Positions 23,939 to 33,374 of a DNA stretch of 64,000 bases are shown one piece after another (position 1 is the stretch's first letter; every line of letters starts with the position of its first letter). The position numbers and the translations under genes are program-made. This DNA is from Savitreella phatthalungensis (Eukaryota), in the NCBI GenBank assembly GCA_051599415.1, contig AP039692.1, positions 496,001-560,000 on the forward strand, read 5' to 3'. The notes beneath the pieces were generated by a model. It was not told where the DNA came from and searched no databases. It saw only the letters and a program-made list of their open reading frames with translations.

Positions 23939-24538
23939 ATGAGTGACAGCAATTCCACTTCCACGGGCATCCTCGACACTGTCAAGACGACGTTCATGGC
24001 GGCTGCTCACGGTGCAGCTGGTGCACCAAAGTCCCTGACAGATGCACACCAGCCAAACCACCCACCTTCCAACCCCGAGGACCGGTCTGACCTGCGTCAC
24101 GCGGGCGCTGGGATGAACGGTCCCGATGCTGCATTCAGAGCTCGGGGCGACTCGCTCGAGAGTGTGCGCAAGGATGCGATCCGGGCGCAGAACGGACTCC
24201 CGCCTACAGGCTCAGCAGGAGACGCCGGCTCGCTCGCGAATACAGGTATCTCGACAGACGATGGATCACTTCTCGTCAAGGCGAGAGAGACATTCATGGC
24301 GGCAGCGCACGGCGCTCCAGGTGGTGGAATCGGTGTGGTCGCTGAGGCAGGGACGCGTACGAAGCCAGCGAGTGATCCGGAGGACCGACGAGATCTTAGA
24401 GACTTTGGTGCCGCTCAGAATGGACCGAATGCGCCATTCAGAGAGCTAGGAGCCAAGTATGAAAGCGTGCGCAAGAACGGTCCCATCCCAACCCCACATG
24501 CACCTGCCCACGGCATTCTCGACAACGATCACCAGTGA
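23939..24538 (+). CDS. Hypothetical 199-aa hydrophilic protein made of two tandem ~70-aa repeats
   Basis: ATG in a CATCACCATG context. TFMAAAHGA..PEDR.DLR..GA..NGP.A.FR..G...ESVRK occurs twice. Confidence 0.8.
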   Translation: MSDSNSTSTGILDTVKTTFMAAAHGAAGAPKSLTDAHQPNHPPSNPEDRSDLRHAGAGMNGPDAAFRARGDSLESVRKDAIRAQNGLPPTGSAGDAGSLANTGISTDDGSLLVKARETFMAAAHGAPGGGIGVVAEAGTRTKPASDPEDRRDLRDFGAAQNGPNAPFRELGAKYESVRKNGPIPTPHAPAHGILDNDHQ

Positions 24539-24789
24539 GAGCAGGAAGCGAAGGGCATCGAGGTCGGTCGGCGACTGAAAGATCAACATCAATCGAGGTA
24601 GAGAAGGGTCACACTAGACACGGAAGCGAGGGATTTTGTAATGAGAGGACGAAGGAAGAAATCTGATTTTCTTTTTATGTGCATGCAGCACAGTATGTGT
24701 GCGCTAAGAGGGAGTAGATACTGGTCATCTTGTGTAAAGATGCGGTTGGGACGTGCAATATTCAGGCCTGAGAGTTTCCGTTGAGATAT

Positions 24790-25323
24790 CTAGGAGACCG
24801 ACCGGAGGTACTCTTGCCGTGCAGTGTTTGAGTCGAGTTCTGGCGCACGGTTGAGGGGTGTCCACTTTGGCTCGTCCTTAAAGAGACGCATTGCCTTAAT
24901 GTAATTTGTCTGTGCGGTGGTGAAGCGGTGGTAGATCCCTGCTGGCAAGACTGCCAGATCACCCTTCTCCATCGCCAGCCTGATCCACCTGTCGTCCTTT
25001 GTGCGGACGTCAAAGAAGCCCTCGCCATCGAGGATGTACCGAATCTCCTCGTCCTCGTGCAGGTGCTCGTTGAAGAACATCTTGACCTTGTCCTCGTACA
25101 CGTCCCCCATCGCAGTCGGAGACACGGTGATCTCATCCCGGTTCTTGTACCCGCGCTCAGCAGCAATCTCATTCACCTTTGCAAGTCGACCTTCAGCGCC
25201 ACCTGCCACATCCTGCAGCTGCCAAACAAGCACGCCGAGCGAGGCCAGCTTATCAAAGGGTACTAAATCGCCCTGATGAGCTAGTCGCTGGTCGCCTTCG
25301 CCTGCGTAGTAGTATGCCTTCAT
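24790..25323 (-). CDS. ADI1: Acireductone dioxygenase (methionine salvage)
   Basis: [66 protein letters not shown]. Confidence 0.96.
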   Translation of the reverse strand: MKAYYYAGEGDQRLAHQGDLVPFDKLASLGVLVWQLQDVAGGAEGRLAKVNEIAAERGYKNRDEITVSPTAMGDVYEDKVKMFFNEHLHEDEEIRYILDGEGFFDVRTKDDRWIRLAMEKGDLAVLPAGIYHRFTTAQTNYIKAMRLFKDEPKWTPLNRAPELDSNTARQEYLRSVS

Positions 25324-26221
25324 CACAGGTCGGTGGAGAGTTTAGCAAGAGTCCTGTACCCAACAGTCTATTGAAGCAGACGGCTGCTGTAGTGTAGAGT
25401 GCAAGAGTGATGTAGAGTGAATGATATCCGCATGTAAATTTGAATTGTGAAAGGCTGTACAGGATAAGAGTTGATCAGCTCATTGCACGTGTTCGGTCAG
25501 ATCACTTTCCAATGATTTCCAGCAATTCTCCACGGAAGATCAAACTATTCCTGCATGTTGCATTTTCATTTTGACTTGACTCTCGAGGTAGTTTCCGGTG
25601 TAGGTGATGATCGAGCCAAGCTATAGTTTATAGCTATACATATTGACGGCTACTCACTGCATCACTGCACGCGTCATGAGTATAAGCTGCTTCAATTTGT
25701 ATTCACGTGTACGTAGGTATGTATGTATGAATTGGGAAATCGATCTCGATTTCAGATCTCAGATCTGATCTCATCCAATCCAATCCATTAATTTTGTTCC
25801 CATCCATCTCTAAACGAAACGAAACGAACGAACGAAAGATCGAACGAATGAGCGAAAATAAATCCAAGATTGCTTGCAAAGTGGAATTTAAGTTACTTGA
25901 GTCTGAGTCAAGTAAGAACTCTTGACCATGACATCAAGATTGATTGATATACAGTTTAAACTTGACTCTCCCCCATACCATACAAGGTAGGAAAAGTGTC
26001 CTATTCCAGTATACAGTATACAGTATACAGTACGTACTCCAGTACGTACCGTACGATACACTCCAAGAGTCCAGTCTCCAGGTCACCGGCCACAACAACC
26101 TTCCTTCATTCATTCGTTTTGCAGGGTCACAATCACCTCCCCCCTGCTCTCTCTCTCTCTCTCAAATTCAAGGATTCTTGCCTTACAAGAGTCATCCACA
26201 CTCTCTTGATCCATCTCAACG

Positions 26222-27901
26222 ATGGTCGTGGTAAGCACATCCATCAAACTCACCTTCTCTCGAAGCTGACCATCGATATAGAAAGCAAGCCCATCGGCAG
26301 ACACTCCTCTGCAGCTCATCACTTCCTATCTAGAGCAAGCACAATCAACCACTTCCTCCTCGGAAAAGGATGAGTTCATCGCAGCTGCACTCAAGATTGC
26401 AGCTCGGCTTGACGACTACCTTACCGAGACCACGACCCCTGCAAGTTCCGGATTGACGAGCATGATTGACTCGACGATGGCACAGGACTGGGACGCTCTG
26501 CATGCTGAAGGCAAGACCAAATACCACTACACCAGCAACTTCTGTGCTGGCACATTCGAGGCACAGTTCGTTGCCACCCTCTGTAGACTGGTCCAGGCAA
26601 AGGAAGTGCTCGAAATCGGCATGTTCACTGGCACAACTGCTGCTGCCATGGCACAGGCCATCCCAGATGACGGCTTGGTCACAACGTGTGAGATCGAGCC
26701 GTGGCTGGCGTCCTTTGCGCAGTCGCACTTTGACCGAGTGGGTGTGTCCGGGAAGGTGAAGGTGGAGCTGGGTTCGGCACACGAGACGCTGCCTCGACTC
26801 GCTCGGGAAGGCAAGGTATTTGACCTGATCTTCCTGGACGCGGAGAAGACCGGATACAGCGCATACTACGACGCAGTGATGGAGCACGGTCTCCTCGCTC
26901 CCTCGGGCGCCTTTATCGTTGACAACACGCTCTTCAAGGGCCACGTCTTCACCGACCACGAGTCTGACGACAACACAACAGCCCTCAAGCAATTCAACCT
27001 CAAGATCAAGAACGACGACCGTGTTGACCAAATCATCCTACCTGTCCGAGACGGCGTTTCCGTCATCACCCACCGCCGACCCACCTCCGGCGACCCAGTC
27101 TACACAGGTCACCTTGGCAACTCGATCCTCCAGCGATTCCGCCTTAGCGGGAAGAGCGCTCTGGTGACCGGTGGCGGTATGGGCCTAGGTCGTTGTTACG
27201 CGCACGCGCTCGGAGAAGCTGGTGCTAGCGTGTGTGTCGCGGATCTGAATGTGGACGCTGCGCGTGCCGTTGTCTCTGAACTTGAGCGGAAAGGTGTTCG
27301 AGCGATCGCTGTCCGCGCAGATGTGTCTTCAAAGGAGGACTGCGAGGCGATGGTGGACGCTGCCGTGTCTGCATTCGGCAAACTCGACATTGCCGTCAAC
27401 AACGCCGGCATCAACCTCTCCTCCGCAGCAGAAGACACTCCGGAGACAGAGTGGGACGCGACCATGGCAGTCAACGCCAAAGGCGTCTTCCTCTCCTGTC
27501 AAGCCGAAGGCCGTCATATGCTCTCACGCCCTTCAACCACCGGCTGCTCCATCATCAACGTGGCGAGCATGTCTGCTGTCGCTGTCCCTCACCCACAGAA
27601 GCAGATGGTGTACAACGTTTCGAAGGCTGCTGTGAAGAAGATGACGGAGACGTTGGCTGTTGAGTGGGGTGGTCGCGGGGTACGGGTGAATGCGATAGCG
27701 CCTGGGATTGTCGAGACTGATTTGATCACCCTCAACCCTGCACTAGCACCACTCCTATCCACCTGGCTCACCCAAATCCCACTCAACAGGCTAGCATCCT
27801 TTGCAGACTGCGCACCAACCATCATCTACCTAGCCTCAGACGCATCAGCCTACGTCAACGGCACCATTGCTCTCATCGACGGTGGTCAAAGGTTCGGTTG
27901 A
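26222..27901 (+). CDS. O-methyltransferase (MysB/CCoAOMT-like) - SDR oxidoreductase fusion, gadusol MT-Ox-like; exons 26222-26230, 26282-27901 (~542 aa)
   Basis: ATG GTC GTG, then an intron GTAAGC..GCTGAC..TAG (26231-26281) in frame with the long ORF. MT part: TPLQLI..LDDYLTETTTP, VLEIGMFTG, FDLIFLDAEK, VDNTLFKG, FN....DDRVDQIILPVRDG. SDR part: TGGGMGLG, VADL, NNAGIN, ASMS..PHPQKQMVYNVSK. Confidence 0.85.
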
Positions 27902-28098
27902 GATAGAGAAAGAAAAGTTTATTAGATCGAGAGACAGAGAGAGAGAGAGAAGTCAAGAAAAGTCAGCTAGCTACGCTTAAGCTTTAGCGAGTGAAAAAGG
28001 ACGCGAAAAATAGATCAAGAGACAGAGAGAGAGGCATAGGAGATCCGAGACGTGAGTATTGAAAGGGGGTTTGTCGGTGAGGGAGTGTCACACCTTTT

Positions 28099-30756
28099 TC
28101 AAATAGAGAAGAATCCCAATCTAGGAAAACCATCATCCTCTTCCACATCCTCCCCCGTTGTCGTTGTAGTCGTGTTGTGATGAGCTTCGACATCGACAGT
28201 CTCGAGCGAGCCGAGGTGATCCATCGGGTGGTGTTGATGGTCGTTGTTGTCATGGAGATCGGATGGTGCAGAGGTGGCTGGCAAAGTGTCCTGGACTTTT
28301 CTGTGCTGCCCATGGCTGCGAGCGTGTGATGACAATGGGACTGTGGATCTAGGCCGTTTAGGTGGGTTCACATTCCCAGGTCGACGTGATCTGACTTCGG
28401 CGCCACCACCGTCCTTCCTCGTCCCGGCTGAGCCACCGAGCACGGGAGCTGCGGTCGCTGGACGGATTGGGATGGTGATTGGGGGACGGAGGGCGTGGTT
28501 GATTGCGGCAAGCTCTAGACCTTGATTTGCAGCTAGGACAAAGGGATCTTCGTCGTCCTCGTCGTCATCGTCATTCTCGCTTCCGGCTGCACGGCCACCG
28601 GGGATCAGCGACCGGCGGGAGATGCAGGCGTAAGGATCGAGCCCCGTGGTCCAGCCGAACGCGGTTGCCGGGTCAGCAGACAGGGACATGTTACCCCAAT
28701 CATCTGCTGCCGCAAGCGCGTTCGAGGCCGTGGTGAAGTCGTCGTACACACCCGAAGAGGAAGCGAGCGTCCATGACGGCATACTTGCCGATCTGGCCAT
28801 CGCAGATGGCGTCGCTGTCGTCGGTGCTGTGGTGTTGGTGGTCGTGGACTGTGCAGTGGCTGAGCCAGCAGACACCGCGCGTGACATTGCCCCTGTGCCC
28901 ATCGAGCTGTAAGGGACGGCGCGTGGACCGGCGTGGGCGTAGATGGCTCCACCTGTGAGATCGTAGTAGACGTCGTTGACGTTGTCCGTCGTCAACTCGG
29001 TCGGCGATGGCTGGGTGATTGGGATGGTGACTGGCGCAGGCGTTGGCGTAGCTTGAGGTCCAGCCGATGCAGGATCGGAAGCGTGGCGCGCACCCTTGCG
29101 GCTGGACGACGCTGCTGATCGTGCAGCCGCCGGAGCGGCCGGGTAGGGTGTGAATGAGGCAAGCATGCTCCTGCTGCGATGGAGCAAAGGCGCCGTGCGA
29201 GACTTGAGGACCTGCATGTTGGATGCTGTCGGGCGTGATGGAATCTGCTGTTGCTGATGCTGGTGGACAGCTGCTTGCTGGGCTGCGATCTGCTGCTGCT
29301 GACGGGCTTGTGCCTGCTGCTCTGCATAGATGCGCGACATTTGAGCGTTCTGGGGTGGCTGGCCGCGCTGCTGGATGACCCAGGCAGCCGTGCGATCCTG
29401 GATGGCGACAGGACGAGCGACGGTCCTGCCGAAGCCTGTGTCTGACTTTGAGAACTCCCAGATGAGGACGGCTGCACGACGAACGCCGTGAGCAAGCGAG
29501 ACGAGCTCCTGGACGACGGTGACACCGTCGACGGCGTTCCGAATATCACGCTCGCGTCGCTCGCCGTCGATGTGTGCGAGGCCTGCAAGGAAGGCCGCCC
29601 AGAAATCTGTGGCAAAAGGAACGGATGGCTGACCATCTGGCATGCGCTGTTTGAGCTCGAGCACCTTGTTGCCCATTGTGTAGATCCGCGTGGTGCATGC
29701 CCAGGGCTCGTTCATAGGTCGTGTGACTGCTAGCTGGGTGCGGAGGACCACACCGTCTGTGAGATCGAGCTGACCCGGCAGGTGGAGTGAAGACTGGATG
29801 TAGAACACGGGGCAGGCCATGCCACGAGCGTCCACGATCATCTCGCTTAGGCAGGGGAACTTAAACGGCCAATCTGGGATAGAGTCGAGCGGGGTATAGG
29901 TGTCTGCCGAGCCAGCGAATTTTGTATAGCAGTGCGCCATCTCGTCTGACCGTCCTGATGCGTCTGCCCCACCGACTGAGCCAGCGTTCTGGCCAGATGA
30001 CGCCCTACCTGACCGGCGGGTGGCCCAGACGACAAAGTTCGAGACACGAAGCGTGTTGGATCGCACGCTGGGCATGCCTTGTGAGACGTGACCGGGCGGC
30101 TGAGCGATGAACTCGCTCGAGCGGTAGCCCATCGGCGAGAGGACGCCGTAGACCTGTGGGACGTGCTGGTTGTTGGCGCCGATGCCGACGGGCAGGTTGA
30201 GCTCGTGGGAGTGGTCTGGGCTGTCTGCGACAAGGGAGAGAAACTCTGGGTCGTCACGGCGGATGTGCTTGAGCACCTGAATGTGTGAGGACACCTGCTT
30301 CCGAGTTCTCACCTTGCCAGTGCGTCGGAGGATGTAGTCTGCGATGAGCTCGTTCCTGCCGCACGGTTTTGACCCGATCTGAATCTTGCGTCTTCCGAGC
30401 TTCGGGATATGTCTAATGGCCTCCATGAAGGCCTGCTCGATCTCTGGACCCCAGACTGGATCCTCGTCCTCGTCATGATGGTGGTTGACCGTAGGCTTCT
30501 GGTTAGAGTCTGGAGGTGTCTGACTGGGCTGATTTTGGGCAGCTTTCTGTTGCTGCTGTGATTGCTCTGGCATCTTGCGTGGCTTGCCAGAAGCGAGTGT
30601 CAGAGCCTCTGGAGTTGTGAATACGTTTTTCTGTCTCGTGAAGTTGCTTGACGTGTTGGTCTGATCAGTGAGGACGCGCTTGGCCGTCAATGGCGGCGTG
30701 TTCTTCTCAAGTGGACTCGGGAGCAGGGCCCTTCGAACTGGAGTCTCAGTGATCAT
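28099..30756 (-). CDS. TEA/ATTS-domain transcription factor (AbaA/Tec1 family)
   Basis: [56 protein letters not shown] is the TEA domain; Q-rich region follows. Confidence 0.92.
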   Translation of the reverse strand: MITETPVRRALLPSPLEKNTPPLTAKRVLTDQTNTSSNFTRQKNVFTTPEALTLASGKPRKMPEQSQQQQKAAQNQPSQTPPDSNQKPTVNHHHDEDEDPVWGPEIEQAFMEAIRHIPKLGRRKIQIGSKPCGRNELIADYILRRTGKVRTRKQVSSHIQVLKHIRRDDPEFLSLVADSPDHSHELNLPVGIGANNQHVPQVYGVLSPMGYRSSEFIAQPPGHVSQGMPSVRSNTLRVSNFVVWATRRSGRASSGQNAGSVGGADASGRSDEMAHCYTKFAGSADTYTPLDSIPDWPFKFPCLSEMIVDARGMACPVFYIQSSLHLPGQLDLTDGVVLRTQLAVTRPMNEPWACTTRIYTMGNKVLELKQRMPDGQPSVPFATDFWAAFLAGLAHIDGERRERDIRNAVDGVTVVQELVSLAHGVRRAAVLIWEFSKSDTGFGRTVARPVAIQDRTAAWVIQQRGQPPQNAQMSRIYAEQQAQARQQQQIAAQQAAVHQHQQQQIPSRPTASNMQVLKSRTAPLLHRSRSMLASFTPYPAAPAAARSAASSSRKGARHASDPASAGPQATPTPAPVTIPITQPSPTELTTDNVNDVYYDLTGGAIYAHAGPRAVPYSSMGTGAMSRAVSAGSATAQSTTTNTTAPTTATPSAMARSASMPSWTLASSSGVYDDFTTASNALAAADDWGNMSLSADPATAFGWTTGLDPYACISRRSLIPGGRAAGSENDDDDEDDEDPFVLAANQGLELAAINHALRPPITIPIRPATAAPVLGGSAGTRKDGGGAEVRSRRPGNVNPPKRPRSTVPLSSHARSHGQHRKVQDTLPATSAPSDLHDNNDHQHHPMDHLGSLETVDVEAHHNTTTTTTGEDVEEDDGFPRLGFFSI

Positions 30757-32770
30757 GTGCGTGTCGCGCGTCGGCGAGCTTTTTGGTGTCTTTTTGGAAG
30801 GGAGGAGGGTTTCGAAGAGGTGACGAGCCTGATAAGAGAGTGTGGATGTTCAAGGCTGTCGCTCTACAGTTGCTCGGTCGGTGAGCACAGCAGGGAGCGC
30901 GAACGTGAACGGGAATAGTAACGATGACCGGGTTCTTTTCACTTTGATGAAAGAGTTTAGATCGTCGTTAAGGGAATCTTCGTCAGAGTTGTTGTGCGGT
31001 CTGCCGGACTCGAGAGAGTGAAAGTTCGGCTGACTTGAGGAGCAGCAAGAGTGCGTCTTTGAGGGTTAGAGAGCGTGTGAAGTGAAGGGAAGGTTGAAAG
31101 TGTGTAGGTGAATAGGCGTCACCCTTTGCGACCGAGGCGGGTCAGCGTGAGTGAGGTAGACACTGAGGTAGGGAGCGAGTGAGTAATCAAGCGGGTCAAC
31201 TTTCTGAGTGACTCCGTAGGGGGGATCGGGAGGGAGGAGAGGGGCCCGTAGGTCGGGTTGTCGGTCGATGGTGTTGATGGGAGTGCTGGAGAGTAGTGAA
31301 GATTACTAGCCCGTGAAGGAGGTTCCAGGTGCAGGTGCAGGTGCAGATGCGGGTGGAGGTGCGGGACCTTGTTGCCTGTATGGTGCTGTTGCACACCAGT
31401 GTTTTTGTCTCAAACAGGTCAAAAGGAGGTGCGGTGATGATGCCTGGAGGTGTTGATGATGCAGGTAGTCAATGTAAAGCTTGTTCCCGCTTGCTCTCAA
31501 TTGAATGTTTACACTCTGATTGATTTGTCTGCGGCTGTAGACTTACGCTTTGCCTTTTGGTGCTTGACTCCTTGAATTGGAAGTCCCTTTGGCAGTTCTG
31601 AGAGATGAGAGCGCCCTGTTTGTATGAGTCGGCGTGTGGGTGTGCGTGTGTGTTTGTGTGTATGAGTATCCTAGGTGTGAGTTCGGTTAGATCTTCCCAC
31701 TCGATCTGTCAAATTGTCTGTGTCTGTAGCCTTATTTCTGTATGTGAGAGCGTAGATGTGCTTGTGCAGGCGCGAGGCTTGCTACAGTCTGGCTTTTTGT
31801 GTGTGGAAGGGTGTCTTTGACCGTCTGGAGATTTGTGTGATGATGTTTTCCAGGAGTCACAGGAGAAGGAAGCTTACGGCTTTTTAATGTTTTTCCTCCC
31901 TCTTCAGATATGTTCTGTGTTTTCTCGGTGGTCGGAGCAGCCTTTTGACCGTGATCAGAAGAACAGATCTGACTTTCCAATTGAATGATTGGATGGCGTG
32001 CAAGTTTAGCGGGATCAAGGAGAGAGGGTGTGGGTGAGAGAGAAAGATTGACGAAGGGTAGAGCGTAGTTCAATCCTCGGGGGTTTAAAGCGATGGACAG
32101 CAGCAAGCGCGCAGATGGCTGAAAGAGAGTGCAGCAGGGGAAAAGTGATAGATGATCACAGAAGGGAAAGATCGCTCTCACTGTAAGATTGTTCAACTTT
32201 GACTCGGAGGTTCCAGCCTCGAGAAGAGAATGAAGAGCGAGAGTGAAATGGAGAGAAGACGGAGAGATGAAAGTACGAGAAACGCAATTAATTCCCTCGT
32301 CTTTTCGATCAAAGATCCTTCGAGGACTTTTGAAGAAGTCTGCGTCTGATGTCAGAATGGCTAACAGATCGTTGCCTTTCTATTTTCCCTCGAGGATTTT
32401 CTTCGAGGAGAGTCAACGCGAACGCAAACGTAAGCGTCAGCGTGTCCAGGTGCAGGTGCGTGTACAGTTGCAGGTGCAGGTGCGTGTGCGTGTGTGTATG
32501 GGAGGTTTCGGGGAGAGGAGGGGAGGTGGGTGAAGTGGTCGAGTGGGGGAGGAGTGCGAGTGCTTGTGCTTTGGTGTTGAATGATGATGATAATGATGAT
32601 GGACTGGATAGGTGGACTCGGTGGTTCGGTGGGTCTAGAACTCCCCCGGTGGTCATTCACACCTGTTTCTGTAAATGATTGCTCCACATGATAAAAAGGA
32701 CTCGGTCAATTGAGTGAACCGTCCATCAAAGCACATCAGGACGTTGTTGAGTACTCGAGTGAAGCTGACA

Positions 32771-32806
32771 ATAATGATAACGATAATGTTGATGATGATG
32801 ATGATA

Positions 32807-32847
<41 letters not shown>
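32771..32847. repeat. (GAT)n trinucleotide microsatellite
   Basis: Long gatgatgat run with a few aat variants. Confidence 0.95.
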
Positions 32848-32848
<1 letters not shown>

Positions 32849-33319
32849 GGAGGGATGGTCACATGGCTGTACCAAAGAGCAATCTATTGTAAACTGTGGT
32901 GGCGCAGAATGTTTCATCTTTTCCAGGTTTTCAATTCATGCACTTTTCTTACCATCTTTTCACTGTTGTCAGATGGGCTCGTCGAAGCAGTGAAACTGAT
33001 AGAGCGAGATGGAGAGGGTGTTTCAGCCGAAGCCATTCTTACAATTGGGCTGGTACAAGCGAGCACGAGCACGAGCACAAGCACAAGCACAACCACAATT
33101 CGAGTTGAGTCGAGTGAAACAACCGAACAAGCGGAAGATCAATCACAAACCATAGGTACCGAATCCATGCATGCCCTTCACATGAGCCGAAAGTTTGACC
33201 TTGCAGGAGGGGGACTATCCATGCATCATCACTGCAGCACAGGAGAGGTCGGGGGAAGCAAGTTGAAAACTCTCCGACTCCTGATAACACAGTCACTCAC
33301 ACCCTGTCCGTAGTCACCG

Positions 33320-33320
<1 letters not shown>

Positions 33321-33353
<33 letters not shown>
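33321..33353. repeat. (CAT)11 microsatellite
   Basis: catcatcat run just 3' of the Zn2Cys6 gene stop. Confidence 0.95.
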
Positions 33354-33374
33354 GATCGTCATATTCTCTTCTAG

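Noticed and set aside
32227..33039. Four CATTCY/RGAATG TEA-binding sites upstream of the TEA gene (autoregulation)
   Set aside because: About 2-3 are expected by chance in the 2.6-kb interval, so four is not clearly enriched.
32243..33313. ORFs with poly-M, poly-D, poly-H, poly-I and VQVQ tracts
   Set aside because: Artefacts of (GAT)n and (GTGCAG)n microsatellites, which are open in several frames.
32771..33353. (GAT)n and (CAT)n tracts in inverted orientation, like terminal inverted repeats
   Set aside because: Independent simple repeats; no target-site duplication or transposase.
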